Source: the human T2T-CHM13v2.0 reference genome, Homo sapiens. From it: a stretch of DNA of 64,000 nt. Within the stretch, counting starts at the first letter, position 1. Every line of letters starts with the position of its first letter. The stretch lies in NCBI RefSeq assembly GCF_009914755.1, contig NC_060931.1; one strand, written 5' to 3'. Both the position numbers and the translations under genes were made by a program. The notes below the pieces were generated by a model, which was not told the DNA's origin, ran no database searches, and worked only from the letters and a program-made list of their open reading frames with translations. Shown here piece after piece: positions 1 to 12,996 of the stretch.

Positions 1-807
1 GTCCATAGGGGATGAATAGGAGATAGGCACCTTTATCTAATTTTGCTCATGGATGGTATCCCACATTGCAATTTATTATACTTTACCTTGTTAATTCTAA
101 TGTTAGAGAGAGCTGATACTCTTGGGTCTTATAATCAGAACTATTTTTTCCAGATGGCAACAATGTATATATAAGTAATGTGTATATATGAGCTTGCATA
201 TGGATATGTTTGAAGGAATCAAAATTGGAAGATGATGAGAAGAAAGTAGAAGACATTTCTATGAATCAATTTTAACATCCTTGTTGATTCTGTGTTTTCA
301 AACATTGGGTCTTGTCATTTGATACTATTAATGAGAAGATAAAAGAATAACTTGTAGCTAAGTATAGTTGCACACATTTCAAAACCATCTGGTTTTAATC
401 TCAATAGACATCTGGAAATCTTAATTATATTTTAATAACTTGTTCTTAAAATAAATTATTGTTTTACTGTGATTTTCAAAACATGAAAGAATATATTTTG
501 TAAATTATTCTTGTGTTAGGTGACTTTATAATGTGAACATTATATGCATAAATATTATAATATAGGTAGACCATTTGCAATCAGGTTCAGATTGTTGGTT
601 TTTTTTTTTAAAGGAAAATGTAAAAAATAATGAAAATATGTCATTGGAGTGGTAGAAATCATTATGACAAAAAAGTTTGGAAACTTATTGTAATAAGTTC
701 AGGAGATATAATGAGGATCAGGATTATAGTTGTGACAGTGGAAGCAGAGCGAATGACACATTGTACTTCAAGTCATGTAAAGGATGAAGTGGAGTTGAGA
801 TGATCTT

Positions 808-1000
808 AATAATGGCTATCATTTATTGAACATGTAAGTGTAGGGCATTGTACCAAAATATTTTCAAGCATCATTTTACTTAGTGATAACAATAAAAATG
901 ATATAAATACTATCCTTTTATTTTAGTAGATGTGAATATTAATTGTAAACATGAAATTATTTGTTCATTATTGAACAGTGGAATTGCTGGAAGTTGACCA
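808..1000 (-). mobile_element. MIR SINE relic
   Basis: AATAATGGCTATCATTTATTGAAC...GGGCATTGT resembles the reverse complement of the MIR 3' end. Highly diverged. Confidence 0.5.
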
Positions 1001-3565
1001 CAGTCAAACCTCAGAGACTCTCAAATAGTGGTTGCCACTGTTGCTATTGCACCATTTCAAGCCTAGATAACAGCACTGCCATTAAGCCAAGCATGTGGCA
1101 AATGAGAAATAGTATGTCTGGAAGGGATAATAATAAGTTTCACCCAGTGCTCCTTTATGTTTGAGAAGCCTATGAAATATCTAGCTGGATTTTTTTTTCA
1201 TACAAAGTTAGAAATCCTATCTGCTCTATTACAATGACTGTCTGTAATGCATATTAGTGTGCACTCAATTGCTTAAGTAGGATATATACCATTACAATGC
1301 AGAATTGCTTTGACTTATAAGCAAATTTCCCTAGCATAGTAATGTTTTCCATCACAAAGAAGGCACAACTAAATACAATGTGCACTAACACAACTAAATA
1401 CTGTACATGATGTCCATTCACTCTATTCTCCTTTGGCCCACAAGATCTTTCTTAGAGTGTTTATGGTAAGCGTTCTCTACTATGTTTGTAAGTTTTGATG
1501 TCTCCATAATTCAGCAAAGTCAACCTTTTCTTATACTACTGTAAAATTGCCTCTACCATTTTTAAGGCCAAATGTTACATTTTCTGGAATACTTTATTTA
1601 TTGGGAATTTGACATCTCTTTTAAACTGCTAGCTATTTTTATTATTTTGTTAGTGCCCTGGTACAAAGTAATATAGCTTTTTAGTAGTCCACTTCAGTCA
1701 CAGTTTTACCTTAAGTCCTGTTACTTTCAATGCGTGATTTTATGAATTATGAAGTGTGTTCAGTAACCCAAATATTGTGTTATAGCAGAAACACCTGAGT
1801 GAGTTTGACACATAAGAGAAATGCCAAGATTGATACATAAATTCAGGAGAAATGATCATATAAGAGGAAGTTGAAGTGATGGAAGTAAATCCTTCTTGAA
1901 GACAACTAGAAGAGAAAAGATCTGATGATAGAACTCTGGAGACATTTGCTGAGAGATTGAAGGAAGCAGAAATCAATGAGAGAATTGGCTCTTCTTGGCT
2001 CCTTTGTTCCTTGTATTATATATTCATTTATTCAAATAAATATTTACTGGGCGAAGTCCTCGAGAGAGAAGATTGCAAAAATAATGTAGTCATTTCTTTC
2101 ATGCTGTTTTAAATTTTAAAATAAGCACATATTACATAAATGCTATCATTAAATCAGATTACCTTGAATTTTCCATTAGCTTCTTGTGAAGTTTATTTCC
2201 CACTCAGATGGGATAGGAAGCCCTACTGTAGGCTTCCTATAGAACCTGAAAGAATGGTTGGGTGGCATTGCTTTGGTTCCAAGGGCAGAAACTGGGATGT
2301 TCTGCTTGCCTGATTCATTTTCCAGTCTGCGTTTACCAGGTATAAACACCTTAAAGGGAGTCATCATTCCTCTGTACATTAGCCAAAAGACACAACAAAG
2401 CAGTAGGAACTAATATACTCTGTCCACCTCTTGATTTTCTTTTGGGAGGCACCAAGTCATTAAAGCATATATGTAAGTATTTGCATGCATTGATTGAGCT
2501 TGATAGGATAGTGCTGCTTGGCAACCAGTGTACTTATTTGCATTTATTTTTAGTAAGTTTTTTACAGCTCTTGCCAGTGTTTCCAACCATGATCAATGTG
2601 CTAGAATAGAGAATCTATCTGTCTCAGTCAGGCTGGTCTCTTTACATAAATATTCCAGGATATGTGTCTTCCATTTTCAGCCAACAGGATATATCCTTTA
2701 AATTTAAACTAAGAAATATTAGAGAATTTGGGGTGATAGATTCAATTGTGTAAAGCAAATTATTGATAAATATAGTACATTTGAATTTTATTGATTTTAA
2801 ATTTATAGCATCAATTTGGTTAAATTGATTAAAAAATTTGAGGATTAAAAAAAATTTTATCCTCAAAAAGCACCCCTCTTGACACCTATATGTTATGAAT
2901 ATGATATAATTCAATTCTCATCTATGACATTGAACATGATTTTAGGGTCTTAATAATAAGATAATTAATTATTAATAGCTTAGGAAAAATAGCTTAGTCA
3001 AACTAAATAAATGTGTATGTACACACACATGAATATATACACACACACACTCACAGATGGAGAAATTTACTTGTTTGATATATTTACTTATTAGCTGTAC
3101 CTTATCAAATAGTACGACTCTGAACTTAGGCTGAAAAATTACATTGATTATATACTGCCCAAAGTAGTTAGTATTTTTCCATTCCTGACCATTGAGAATA
3201 TTATGCACTTGATTTGTTTTATCTGCAATGTCAATTTTTGTACTGATTATTATTGATAATAGTTTTGGTTTTAGCACCATCCCTACCAATATATTGATAA
3301 GAAGCAAGTTAAATCTATGGCATTTTATTCAGTTTGGAATTGGTCTACTTGGTGAGTGATTTTATGTACATTCTCACATCGGTTAATACAATTTAAGATT
3401 ACTAGCCTTATTCAAATAGATAATTCTACAAGAAACACTTGTCAATATGGTCAAGTGGCATCTATAAGAAATAGGTCATTTAGAAAAGTGAAATGAGGAA
3501 AATATTGATATTTTTTAGATATAACCAAATGTGTTTTCCTTTATATTATGCCAAATTGTAATACA

Positions 3566-4900
3566 CTGTGGCCACCACCATGAGCCTATGGGGAGTACTG
3601 CCAGGTTACTGCTGGTGTCCTCTTAAAGCCCAAGGGCTCTTCAGTCAGCTTGTGGTGAATGATGACGGACCTAGGACTCACCCTTTGGGGCAGTGGGCTC
3701 ACATCTGGCTCAAGGCAGGTCCAGAAATGCCATCCAAGACTGAAGTCCTGAAGTTAGGGACCCAAAGAGCTTGCTTGGTGCTCTACCCCACTGTGGCTGA
3801 GCTGGTACCTAAGGTACCAGCTTTTCCAAAGCAGAAGTGGTCTCTCAACATAACCACCACAGCTGAGAATGTGCTGAGCTTCATTTGCAGTCAGCAAGTT
3901 TCACCCAAGTCCCATAGCATACTACCAGGTTAACACTGCTGGTTATAACCGTGGTTATTCAGAGACCAAAGGCTCTTTAGTCAGCAGTTGATGGGTGCTT
4001 CCAGGATTGGGGCCTTCCCTTAAGATAGTAGGTTTCTTTCTGTCCCAGGGTGTGTCTAGAAATGTCATCTGGGAGCTCGGGTCTGGAAAGGGTGTCTTAA
4101 GACTGACTGTTGCCCTATGCTACTGTTGCTGAGGTGGTATCCACAATGCAGGACAAAGACCTCTTTACTCTTTTCTCGCTTCTCCTCAAATAGAACTAAG
4201 GAGTCTCTTTTGGAGCCACAGGATATGCAGCCTGGAGTCGGGGGAGGGGTGGCAAAGCATTCCTTTAGCTGCCCCAGCTGGTGTCTCAGTAGGTTGTGTG
4301 GCCCCATCACTATCCACTGGCTCTGAACCAAATTCAGCACTGAGAACCACCTAGGAGTTGCAGTCTTTGTGGTCTAGACTGCCTTTAAGTGTGTTTAAAA
4401 CCCCAGAGCCCTTTAGCTCATGGTGCTGAGGCTTACCAGAACTCAAGTTCCAACCGCTGTGATGGGCACTTGCCCCCTGGCTAGGGCTGGTTTAAATATT
4501 CCCTCCGTGAATGAGCATCAGCTGAGTTCAGCCCAGTTTGGCTTTCTACCATGAAAGGGCACTGCTGAGTTCAATGTAATGTCTATCCTTTGCTGCATTC
4601 TCCCCTTCCCAAGCATAGAGAATCTCTCTTCATTCTACAGGCCACTGCTGGGGGATGGGGGAGTAGTAGCATTGGTGATCCAAGACTGTCTGCTGCCCTC
4701 CTTCGTGCCTCTTTCAGCTATATGAAGTTAAAACTAGGCACTGTGAGTGCTCACCTGATTTTTGTTTTTGTTTATAAAGGGGTGTGTGTGTGTATGTGTG
4801 TGTGTGTGTTTGTGTGTGCGTGTAGATAGTTGTTAAATTGGTGTACTTGCAGAGGGAACAATCAGTGGAACTTGTATTTGGCCATCTTGCTCCACCCCTC
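3566..4900 (-). mobile_element. L1 5' UTR region (L1PB/L1MA-age), antisense
   Basis: GC-richer block with typical antisense L1 5'UTR text (CCCAAGGGCTCTTCAGTCAGCTTGTGGTGAATG). It ends in GCCATCTTGCTCCACCC, the reverse complement of the YY1-type L1 start GGGTGGAGCAAGATGGC. Confidence 0.7.
4782..4823. repeat. Imperfect (TG)n microsatellite
   Basis: Read directly from the sequence. Confidence 0.9.
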
Positions 4901-4977
4901 CTCCATCGCTCCAGATTGTTTTTTATCACTGACTTGTGGGAATTCTATATGTATTCTGGATATGTTATTTATTGGAA

Positions 4978-5068
4978 TATATGTGTGTGTGTGTGTGTGC
5001 ATATGTATATATAAACACACACACACACACACACACACACGTAAATTACCATATATATACATATATAA
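4978..5068. repeat. (TG)n-(TA)n-(CA)n compound microsatellite
   Basis: A TG run followed by a CA run, inside an old antisense L1 remnant (~4915-5280). Confidence 0.9.
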
Positions 5069-5599
5069 TAAATACTCTCTCCCAGCCCCAAGGATGCTTT
5101 TTTGCTCTCTTAATAATGTCTTTTGATGAACATAAATTCCAAATATTAATAAAGTAATATTTATTAATCATTTGATGACTAATTCTTCACTTTTTTCTGC
5201 TTAAGAATTGTTTTTATGATTATAAAAATAACTTCTTAAGTTTTTTAATTAATTTTTATTGTTTTAACCATAGCATTGACCTAGAATGCTATTGTAACAT
5301 CTTGTGCAGGTGTATGTAAAGTCATCTGACCTCATCTATACAATTCCATTGGACAAATTTTAATTAGAAGACCTGTTGTGCAAGATGTAGGATTTTAATT
5401 TTAAAAATTAAAAATTTACTCAGACTCTGGTATAATTTAAGGCAAAATAAAGTAACTTCTTAATTCAAATAATTTCCTGTGCAAATATAGAAAAAGGATA
5501 AATAAATGTTGACTCTGAGATCAATGACAACTTCAAAGGTGTGCTGATATTTGAGTTGGAAATAGAAAGATGATAAATAATGACAAGAAGAGCATAATA

Positions 5600-6075
5600 A
5601 TACTTAAGTACATTAAAAGCCAGGAAGTAATTTGGGCACTTTAGGAAATGTAAGTTAATAGGGGGATATTGAGAGATTAAGATCAAAAGACAATTTGAAC
5701 AACCACAGAGAACATGTCAAAGAATCTGGTGTTTATTCTTTTGGCAATAAGTGGAATGGAAGTTATTCATGTTTGGGAATTAAATTATTTCAGTCACGTT
5801 TTAAAAAATTAACACAGGAGAGAATAAGATGTAAAAATTGAGGCCATCTTTCAAACAGTCTAATTGAGTGACCTGGACTATGATAGAACCAGTGGGAATG
5901 GAAAGCAGCGAGAGAAGTCGTACTAATTTAACAAATAAATATTGGTTAAGTAAAAATTACATTTAACTGACTGGAGACTAACTGGATACATGAGCTATGG
6001 CAAAAGAGATGTTTAGAGACAGTGTTAATTAGAGATGAAGGGTGTGGCTTAAATAAAAGAAGTTAGGATGGTTTG
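5600..6075 (-). mobile_element. L2 LINE relic
   Basis: Purine-rich L2-like motifs (GACCTGGACTATGATAGAACCAGTGGGAATGGAAAG; TGACTGG...TGGATACATGAG). Confidence 0.5.
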
Positions 6076-6104
6076 CTCCGACGAACGAAAGAAAAAAAAA
6101 AAGA

Positions 6105-6139
6105 TGTGATGGCTAATATTAAGTGTAAGCTTGATTGGA
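6105..6139 (+). mobile_element. First 35 bp of the 5' MLT2 LTR
   Basis: TGTGATGGCTAATATTAAGTGTAAGCTTGATTGGA matches the start of the 3' LTR (10425-10459) at 32/35 positions. Confidence 0.85.
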
Positions 6140-6199
6140 AGTGGAGAATGGTTCCTTGTGAACAGAAGTTGAACATGTTCAGTTGGTCCTGGAGATGGG

Positions 6200-6620
6200 C
6201 GAGCACCTGCATCCTTGAAGAGCTTTGCGACTGCCCTTCTCTGTATACCAGATCTTACAGTCACTGAAATGAAAAACTTAAATGGAATGGGAATAATTGG
6301 ATTCTGAGGTGGCAGAGGCCAAGTGGCAGCACTCAATTGTCAAAGCAAGATGGTTGTAGTTACCATAATGGACAGCGGATGCAAAGCAGCAATCAGAATA
6401 GTCTGACTCCTGTAGAGCTCTGACAAGGGCTAATTAATCACAGTGTTCCTAGAAGTGAAATTGGTAGTAAGCCTACTGTATTCCTACTTAATTTGCATAA
6501 GCAGAAAACTTCCAGGTCAAGTGGACTAAAGAATAACTTGAATGATAGAAATAGAGACTCATGGCCCCTCAATCAATTTCCAGACTTGAACCAGTTTACA
6601 GACCCAAAACTCCATGAATG
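6200..6620 (+). pseudogene. gag: HERV-L gag C-terminal remnant
   Basis: GCACCTGCATCCTTGAAGAGC...ATGGGAATAATTGGA...GGCCAAGTGGCAGCACTCAA is typical of ERVL gag. Contains stops and deletions. Confidence 0.7.
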
Positions 6621-6719
6621 AAGGGGAGGCCCCAATTCACTTGAGGAAGGACCCCACTACACTACCGATAATTTATACTGTTAACCTTTCTCTCATCCTT
6701 CCCCAAGGACACTTCTGGC

Positions 6720-7040
6720 CTTTTACCAGGGTAACTGTGTTTTGAGAAAGGAGAATTATCAGACCTTTCAGGGACTACTGTACGCTGGTTCCGAGCTGAC
6801 ATTTATTCCAGGTAACTCAAAACTTCACTGTGGTCCTCCAGTTAAAGTAGGGGTTTATGGAGATCAGGTAATTAATTGATTTTTAGCTCAGGTTTGGCTT
6901 ACAGTGGGTCCAGTCAGTCCCCAGAACCATCCTATGGTCATTTCCCCAGTGCCAGAGTGCATAATTGGCATAGACATGCTTAGCAGCTGGCAGGATCCCC
7001 ACATTGGCTCCCTGACTGGTAGGGTAAGAGCTATCAGGTG
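6720..7040 (+). pseudogene. pro: HERV-L aspartic protease remnant
   Basis: 6769-6801 reads QGLLYAGSELT, i.e. the LLDTGSELT motif with the catalytic Asp mutated. Confidence 0.8.
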
Positions 7041-7059
7041 GAAAGGCCACATGGAAGCC

Positions 7060-8300
7060 ATTAGAGATGCCTCTACCTAGAGAAATAGTAAATCAAAAAC
7101 AATGTCTCATTCCTGGTGGGATTGCAGAGATTAGTGCCACTATCTAGGACTTGAAAGATGCAGGGGTGGTGATTCCCACCACATCCCTGTTCAACTCTCC
7201 TATTTGGCCTGTGAAGAAGACAGATGGATCTTGAAGAATGACAGTGGATTATCACAAACTTAACCAAGTGGTGACTCCAATTGCAGCTGTTAATTTACAC
7301 ATCTCCTGGTACCTGGTGTGAAGCCATTGATTTGACGTATGCCTTCTTCTCCATTTCTGTCCATAAGGCCCGCCAGAAGCAATGTGCATTCAGCTGGCAA
7401 GACCAGCAACATACCTTCACTGTCCTACATCAGGGGTATATCAACTCTCCAGCTTTGTGTCATAATCTTTTTTGCAGACATCTTGATCACTTTTCCCTTC
7501 CACAAGATATCACACTGGTCCATTACATTGATGACGTTATGCTGATTGGACTCAGTGTGCAAGAAGTAGCAAATACACTAGACTAATTGGTGAGACATTT
7601 GCATGTCAGGGGATGGGAAATAAATCCAACTAAAATTCAGGAGGCTTCTAGCTCAGTGAAATTTTTAGGAGTCCAGTGGTGTGAGGCCTGTTGAGATATT
7701 TCTTCTAAGGTGAAGAATAAGTTGTTGTTTTTGGCCCCTCCTACAACCAAGAAAGAGGCATAACCCCTAGTGGGCCTCTTTGGATTTTGGAGGCAACACA
7801 TTCTTCATTTGAGTGCGTTACTCCAGCCCATTTATCAAGTGACCCAAAGGGCTGCCAGTTTTGAGTGGGCTCCAGAACAAGAGAAGGTTCTGCAACAGGT
7901 CCAGGCCACTTGGGCCATATGATCCAGCAGATCCAATGGTGCTTTAGATGTCAGTGGCAGATAGGGATGCTGTTTGGAGCCTTTGGCAGGCCCCCATAGG
8001 TGAATCATAGCAAAGGCCTCTAGGATTTTGGAGCAAGACCCTGCCATTTTCTGCAGATAACTATCCTCCTTTTGAGAGACAGCTCTTGGCCTGTTACTGG
8101 GCTTTGGCAGAAACTGAACGTTTGACTATGGGTCACCAAGTTACCATGTGACCTGAACTGCCTATCATGTACTGGGTACCTTCTGACCCATCTAGTCATA
8201 AAGCTGGGCATGCACAGCAGCATTTCATCATCAAATGAAAGTGGTATATACATGATCAGGCTCGAGTAGTTCCTAAAGGCACAAGTAAGTTACATGAGGA
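7060..8300 (+). pseudogene. pol: HERV-L reverse transcriptase and tether, disrupted
   Basis: ORF 7281-7586 contains AIDLTYAFFSI, QGYINSP and HYIDDVML (YxDD). Upstream sequence reads SLFNSPIWPVKKTDGS*RMTVDY. Multiple stops and small deletions. Confidence 0.95.
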
Positions 8301-8301
8301 A

Positions 8302-8850
8302 GTGGCTCAAATCCCCATGGCCCTCACTCCTGCCACCCTGCCTTCTTTCCCCCACCCTGCACCGATGGTCTCACTGGGAGTTCCCTATGATCAGTTGATA
8401 GAGGAAGAGAAGACTAGGGCCTGGTTCACAGATGGCTCTGTACGATATGCAGGCACCACCTGGAAGTGGACAGCTGCAGCACTACAGCCCCTTTCTAGGA
8501 CATCCCTGAAGGACAGCAGTGAAGGGAAATTTTCCCACTGGGCAGAGCTTTGAGCAGTGCACTTGGTTGTGCACTTTGTTTGGAAAGAGTAATGGCCAGA
8601 TGTATGATTATGTACTGATTCGTGGGCTGTAGCCAATCATTTGGCTGGATGGTCAGGGACTTGGAAGAAGCATGATTGGAAAATTGGTGACAAAGAAATT
8701 TGGGGAAGAGGTATGTGGATGGACCTCTCTGAGTGGTCAAAAACTGAAGACATTTTTATGCCACGTGAATACTCACCAAAGATTGACCTCAGCAGAGGAG
8801 GATTTTAATAATCAAGTGGAGAGGATGATTCGTTCTGTGGACACCACTCA
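8302..8850 (+). pseudogene. pol: HERV-L RNase H remnant
   Basis: AWFTDGS and WAEL motifs in ORF 8302-8553, followed by LCTDSWAVAN. Confidence 0.9.
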
Positions 8851-8880
8851 GCCTCTTTTTCCAGTCATCCTGTCATCGCC

Positions 8881-9520
8881 CAATGGGCCCATGAGCAAAG
8901 TGGCCATGGTGGCAGGGATGGAGGTTATGCATGGGCTCAGCAGCATGTACTTCCACTCACCAAGGCTAACCTGGCTATGGCCACCACTAAGTGCCCAATC
9001 TGCTGGCAGCAGAGACCAACACTGAGCCCTTAATGTGGCACCATTCCTCAGGGTGATCAGCCAGCTACTTGGTGGCATATTGATTATATTGAACCTCTTC
9101 CATCACGGAAAAGGCAGTGGTTTGTCCTCACCAGAATAGACATTTACTCCAAATATGGGTTTACTTATCTTGCATGCAATGCTTCTGCCAAGACTACCAT
9201 TTGTGAACTCACAAAATGCCTTTTTCACCATCATGGTATTCTACATAGCATTGCCTCAGACCAAGGCATTCACTTTACAGCTGAAGAAATGTAGCAGTGG
9301 GCTCATGCTTATTGAATTCTCTAGTCTTACCATGTCATCCTGAAGCAGCTGGATAGATAGAACAGTGGAATGGCCTTTGAAGTCACAATTACAATGCCAA
9401 TTAGGTGACAATACTTTGTAGGGGTGGGGCAAAGTTCTCCAGAATGTTGTTTATGCTCTGAATTGGTGTCCAATATATGGTACTGTTTCTCCCACAGCCA
9501 GGATTCACAGGTCCAGGAAT
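8881..9520 (+). pseudogene. pol: HERV-L integrase remnant
   Basis: HHCC finger QWAHEQSGHGG...CPIC, core WWHIDYIEPLP (from 9070) and IASDQG. In-frame TAA at 9031-9033. Confidence 0.9.
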
Positions 9521-9583
9521 CAAGGGGTGGAACTGGAAGTGGCATAACTCACCATCACCCTTAGTGACCCATTAGCAAAATTT

Positions 9584-9920
9584 TTGCTTCCTTTCCCCAT
9601 GACATTATGTTCTGCTGGCCTAGAGGTCTTAGTTCCAGAGGGAGGAATGGTGCCACCAGGAGAAATAACAATGATTCCATTAAACTGGAAGTTGAGGTTG
9701 TCACCTGGCCACTTTGGGCTCCTCCTTCCTCTAAGTCAACAGGCTAAGAAGAGAGTTGCAGTGTTGGCTGGGGTGATTGACCTGGACTAACAAGATGGAA
9801 TCAGTCTGCTACCCCACAGAGGGGGTAAGGAAGAGTATGTGTGGAATACAGGAGATCCCTTTGGGCGTCTTTTAGTATTGCCATGCCCTGTGATTAAGGT
9901 CAATGGGAAACTACAACAAC
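9584..9920 (+). pseudogene. HERV-L dUTPase remnant
   Basis: SAGLEVLVP...GHFGLLLP...VLAGVIDLD* lies downstream of integrase, the position characteristic of ERVL dUTPase. Confidence 0.85.
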
Positions 9921-10424
9921 CCAGTCCAGTCAGAACTACAAATGGCCCAGACCCTTCAGGAATGAAGGTTCGGTTCACTCCACCAAGTCAAAAACCATGA
10001 CCCTCTGAGGTGCTTCCTGGAGGCAAAGGGAATACAGGACGGCTAGTAGAAAAGGGTCATCATCTGTACCAGCTATGAGTACAAGACCAGTTGCAAAAAC
10101 AAAGACTGTAATTTTCATGAGTACTTCCTCCTTATTTTGTTAAGAACATGTTTTTGCATGTATACTCTTGTACTAAGAAAATAACTTCATTTTATTTCCT
10201 TTCTTTTTCCTTTATCATGTGACATGAGATTTATTGGCTTCATATCACCATTTAAGTGTTGTTAACTGAATGTAATAGCATTAAGGTTAAGGATTAGTCC
10301 CCTTCAGTTTGTATGAAGGGTAGCTGTATTATGCTAGGTATAAGGCCCTTTTATTGTTTTTATTTGGAGATAAATTATGATTTCAGGAAATGTGTATGGG
10401 TTCAAGCTGACATGGGGTTGAACT

Positions 10425-11005
10425 TGTGATGGTTAATATTAAGTGTCAACTTGATTGGATAGGAGGATAAAAGTATTGTTTCTGGGTGAATCTGGGTGTT
10501 TCTGGGTGTTGCCAGAAGAGATTAACATTTGAGTCAGTGGACTGGGAGAGGAAGACCCACCTCAGAAAGACCCACTCACAATGTGGTTGGGCACTATTTC
10601 AATCGACTGCCAGCATGGCTGGAAAAAGGAGGCAGAAGAAGGTGGAAGAAGCTGACTTGCTGAGTCTTCAAGACTTCATCTTGCCTCCATGCTGGATACT
10701 TCCTGCCATTGAACATCAGACTCCAAGTTCTTCAGCTTTTAGACTCTTGGACTTACACCAGTGGTTTGCCAGGGGCTCTTGGGTGTTCAGCCACAGACTG
10801 GAGGCTGCACTGTTGGCTTCCTTGCTTTTGAGGTTTTGGGACTTGGATTGAGTCACCACTGGCTTCCTTTTACCTCAACTTGCACATGGCCTATCTTGGG
10901 GCTTCACCTTGTCATCATGTGAGTCAATACTCCTTAATAAGCTACCTTTCATATATACTTATACACTATTAATTCTGTCCCTCTAATTAGTCCCTGACTA
11001 ATACA
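10425..11005 (+). mobile_element. MLT2 (MLT2A/B-type) 3' LTR of HERV-L
   Basis: Starts TGTGATGGTTAATATT, ends CCCTGACTAATACA, ~580 bp, directly after the PPT. Confidence 0.9.
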
Positions 11006-11049
11006 CAAGGTAAGATTTAATTGAAAACTTGAAATCTGTGTTTTCTGTA

Positions 11050-11242
11050 ATAATAACTACCATTTATTCATAAAACACATGCTTTTTGCTTCCAGGATGC
11101 AATGCCACTCAGTCCTCACAAAATAATTATAGGGAAATGTTAGTATTAACATTAAACAGATAAGAAATCTGTGGCTTACAGAAATTGTGTAATTTGTCCA
11201 AAGTCCCCTAGTTAGTAAGTGGCAGAATCAGGATTCAATCCC
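11050..11242 (-). mobile_element. MIR SINE
   Basis: Core ACAGATAAGAAATCTGTGGCTTACAGA...GTTAGTAAGTGGCAGAATCAGGATTCAA. Confidence 0.75.
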
Positions 11243-11284
11243 TTTTTTCATTTCTCATGCTTTTTCTGCTGATGTTCACTTTGT

Positions 11285-11610
11285 TGTTGTTGTTGTTTTT
11301 TGTTTTGTTTTGTTCTGTTTGTTTTTGAGACAGTGTTTTGCTCTTTGTTGCCCAAGCTGGAGTGCAGTGGTGCGATCTAGGCTCACTACGACCTCCGCCT
11401 CCCAGATTCGAGTGATTCTCTTGTCTCAGCCTCCTGAGTAGCTGGGAATACAGGTGCCCACCACCAGGCCCAGCTAATTTTCATATGTTTAGTAGAGATG
11501 GGGTTTCACCATGTTGGCTAGGCTGGTCTAAAATTCCTGACCTCAGGTGATCCGCCCGCCTCGGCCTCCCAAAGCACTGGGATTACGGTCATGAGCCACA
11601 GCGCCCGACA
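11285..11610 (-). mobile_element. AluS (Sx/Sz-like)
   Basis: Full dimer with a (TTG)/(TTTTG) tail. TSD CACTTTGT at 11277-11284 and 11611-11618. Confidence 0.95.
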
Positions 11611-12861
11611 CACTTTGTATTCTAAATGTATGTTTGGCAATTTGTTAAATGAATGCTTAACTGAGTAGACCATTTATCATGTGAATGAACATGGAAGGAA
11701 TGAATAGCACCTTAAATAATCACCAGAACCCATCCATACCCTCCCTTTAGTTACAACTACAGATGTGTGGGAAGACCAGACAAAAAGTCAGGAAGGTAAT
11801 CTCATTACGTGTATGTGAATGCTGTCTTTTACCATACTCTGTTCTTTTAAATTTCCATGCAAGAGAGCTGTCGATTATACAAGTACACAATTTTGTTTCA
11901 TATCAGATTATGAGAAAGAAAACTACATTTCATTGAAAACCATTATTTCTATGCTAGTCTGAAATTTTATAGTTCTTACATATCCTAATAATAAACATAA
12001 ATTTGATTCCCTTGAATTCTCAAATCTGGGATTACCTGAAAACCCTGACAGGCTCAGCACCATCGTTGTCCTTACTTTCTGGGTAATGAAGGGGGTCTGA
12101 TGAAATACCTCAGGAGACCTGTAATGAAACCCACCAAGCATTGAGTCCAACTCTTGTACTCATGAAGCTTAGGATTCATGTCTAATAACTGGGTTTGGGG
12201 ATTGGTTTTCTGGTGCTCCAGTCCTTTTCTACAAGTATCTGGGTCTCAGTGCTTTAGTTTCTGTCTTATAAATGATCCTTTACCTTGGTCCCTCCAATAT
12301 TAAGGCCTTGTCTTCACTTTTCCCAGGGCTCCAAAGGACTGAAATCGCAATATGCCTATGCCATCTGTTCTTCATAATACATATTGACTACTTTTCTGTG
12401 TCGCCACATGTTGCCCACTCTTGGACTTTCTGTTACTAGTCACAGCTCACCTGCAAAGGTATCCAAATCTCACTATATTCTGAATAAGTTGGCTACCTCA
12501 CCAGACCACTGCAAATCACAGATTCCACTCTTCTGTTTGTTTGCTTTGAATTTTGTTCCACCATTGAGGTCAGGGAATATATGTTTTCTGTGTTTCTTTA
12601 CTTTCCCATATTGCCTATATAATGCTATGTACATTTTTGTAAAAATATGTTTTACTTTGATTTATATAATTTTGTCTGATTGTAGAAAAATGACAATTAC
12701 AATCCTAATCTCCCACTGAACTCCTCCATGGGTCAAACTCAATGACCTCTTCTACCTCATGTAAGATTGAAATATAATTTTGCCAGTAAAACACAAAATA
12801 AGTACTATATAAGAGTATATTCACTTTATTTACTTAATAAATAATTACAAAAGTTAAATAT

Positions 12862-12996
12862 TAGTTTTTTTATCTGTAAAATGGGAGAAAAAATAATTTT
12901 CACTTTGTACAGTTATTATGATAATTACATGGGTTTGGGTTAGTACATATAAAGGGTTTAGAACAGTGCCTGGAAAATATCATGTGTTCAATAAAG
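12862..12996 (+). mobile_element. MIR SINE
   Basis: ATCTGTAAAATGGGAG...TTAGAACAGTGCCTGG...TCAATAAA. Confidence 0.75.

Larger units (their letters stand above)
6105..11005 (+). mobile_element. HERV-L (ERVL) provirus, defective and 5'-deleted
   Basis: Gene order is gag remnant, pro, RT, RNase H, IN, dUTPase, with no env. A PPT-like GACATGGGGTTGAACT precedes a TG...CA MLT2 LTR. Possible degenerate 5-bp TSD: AAAGA (6100-6104) / CAAGG (11006-11010). Confidence 0.95.

Noticed and set aside
7281-9790. Domesticated or intact retroviral RT or dUTPase
   Set aside because: Frequent stops, frameshifts, deletions and a mutated protease active site. No sign of ORF preservation.
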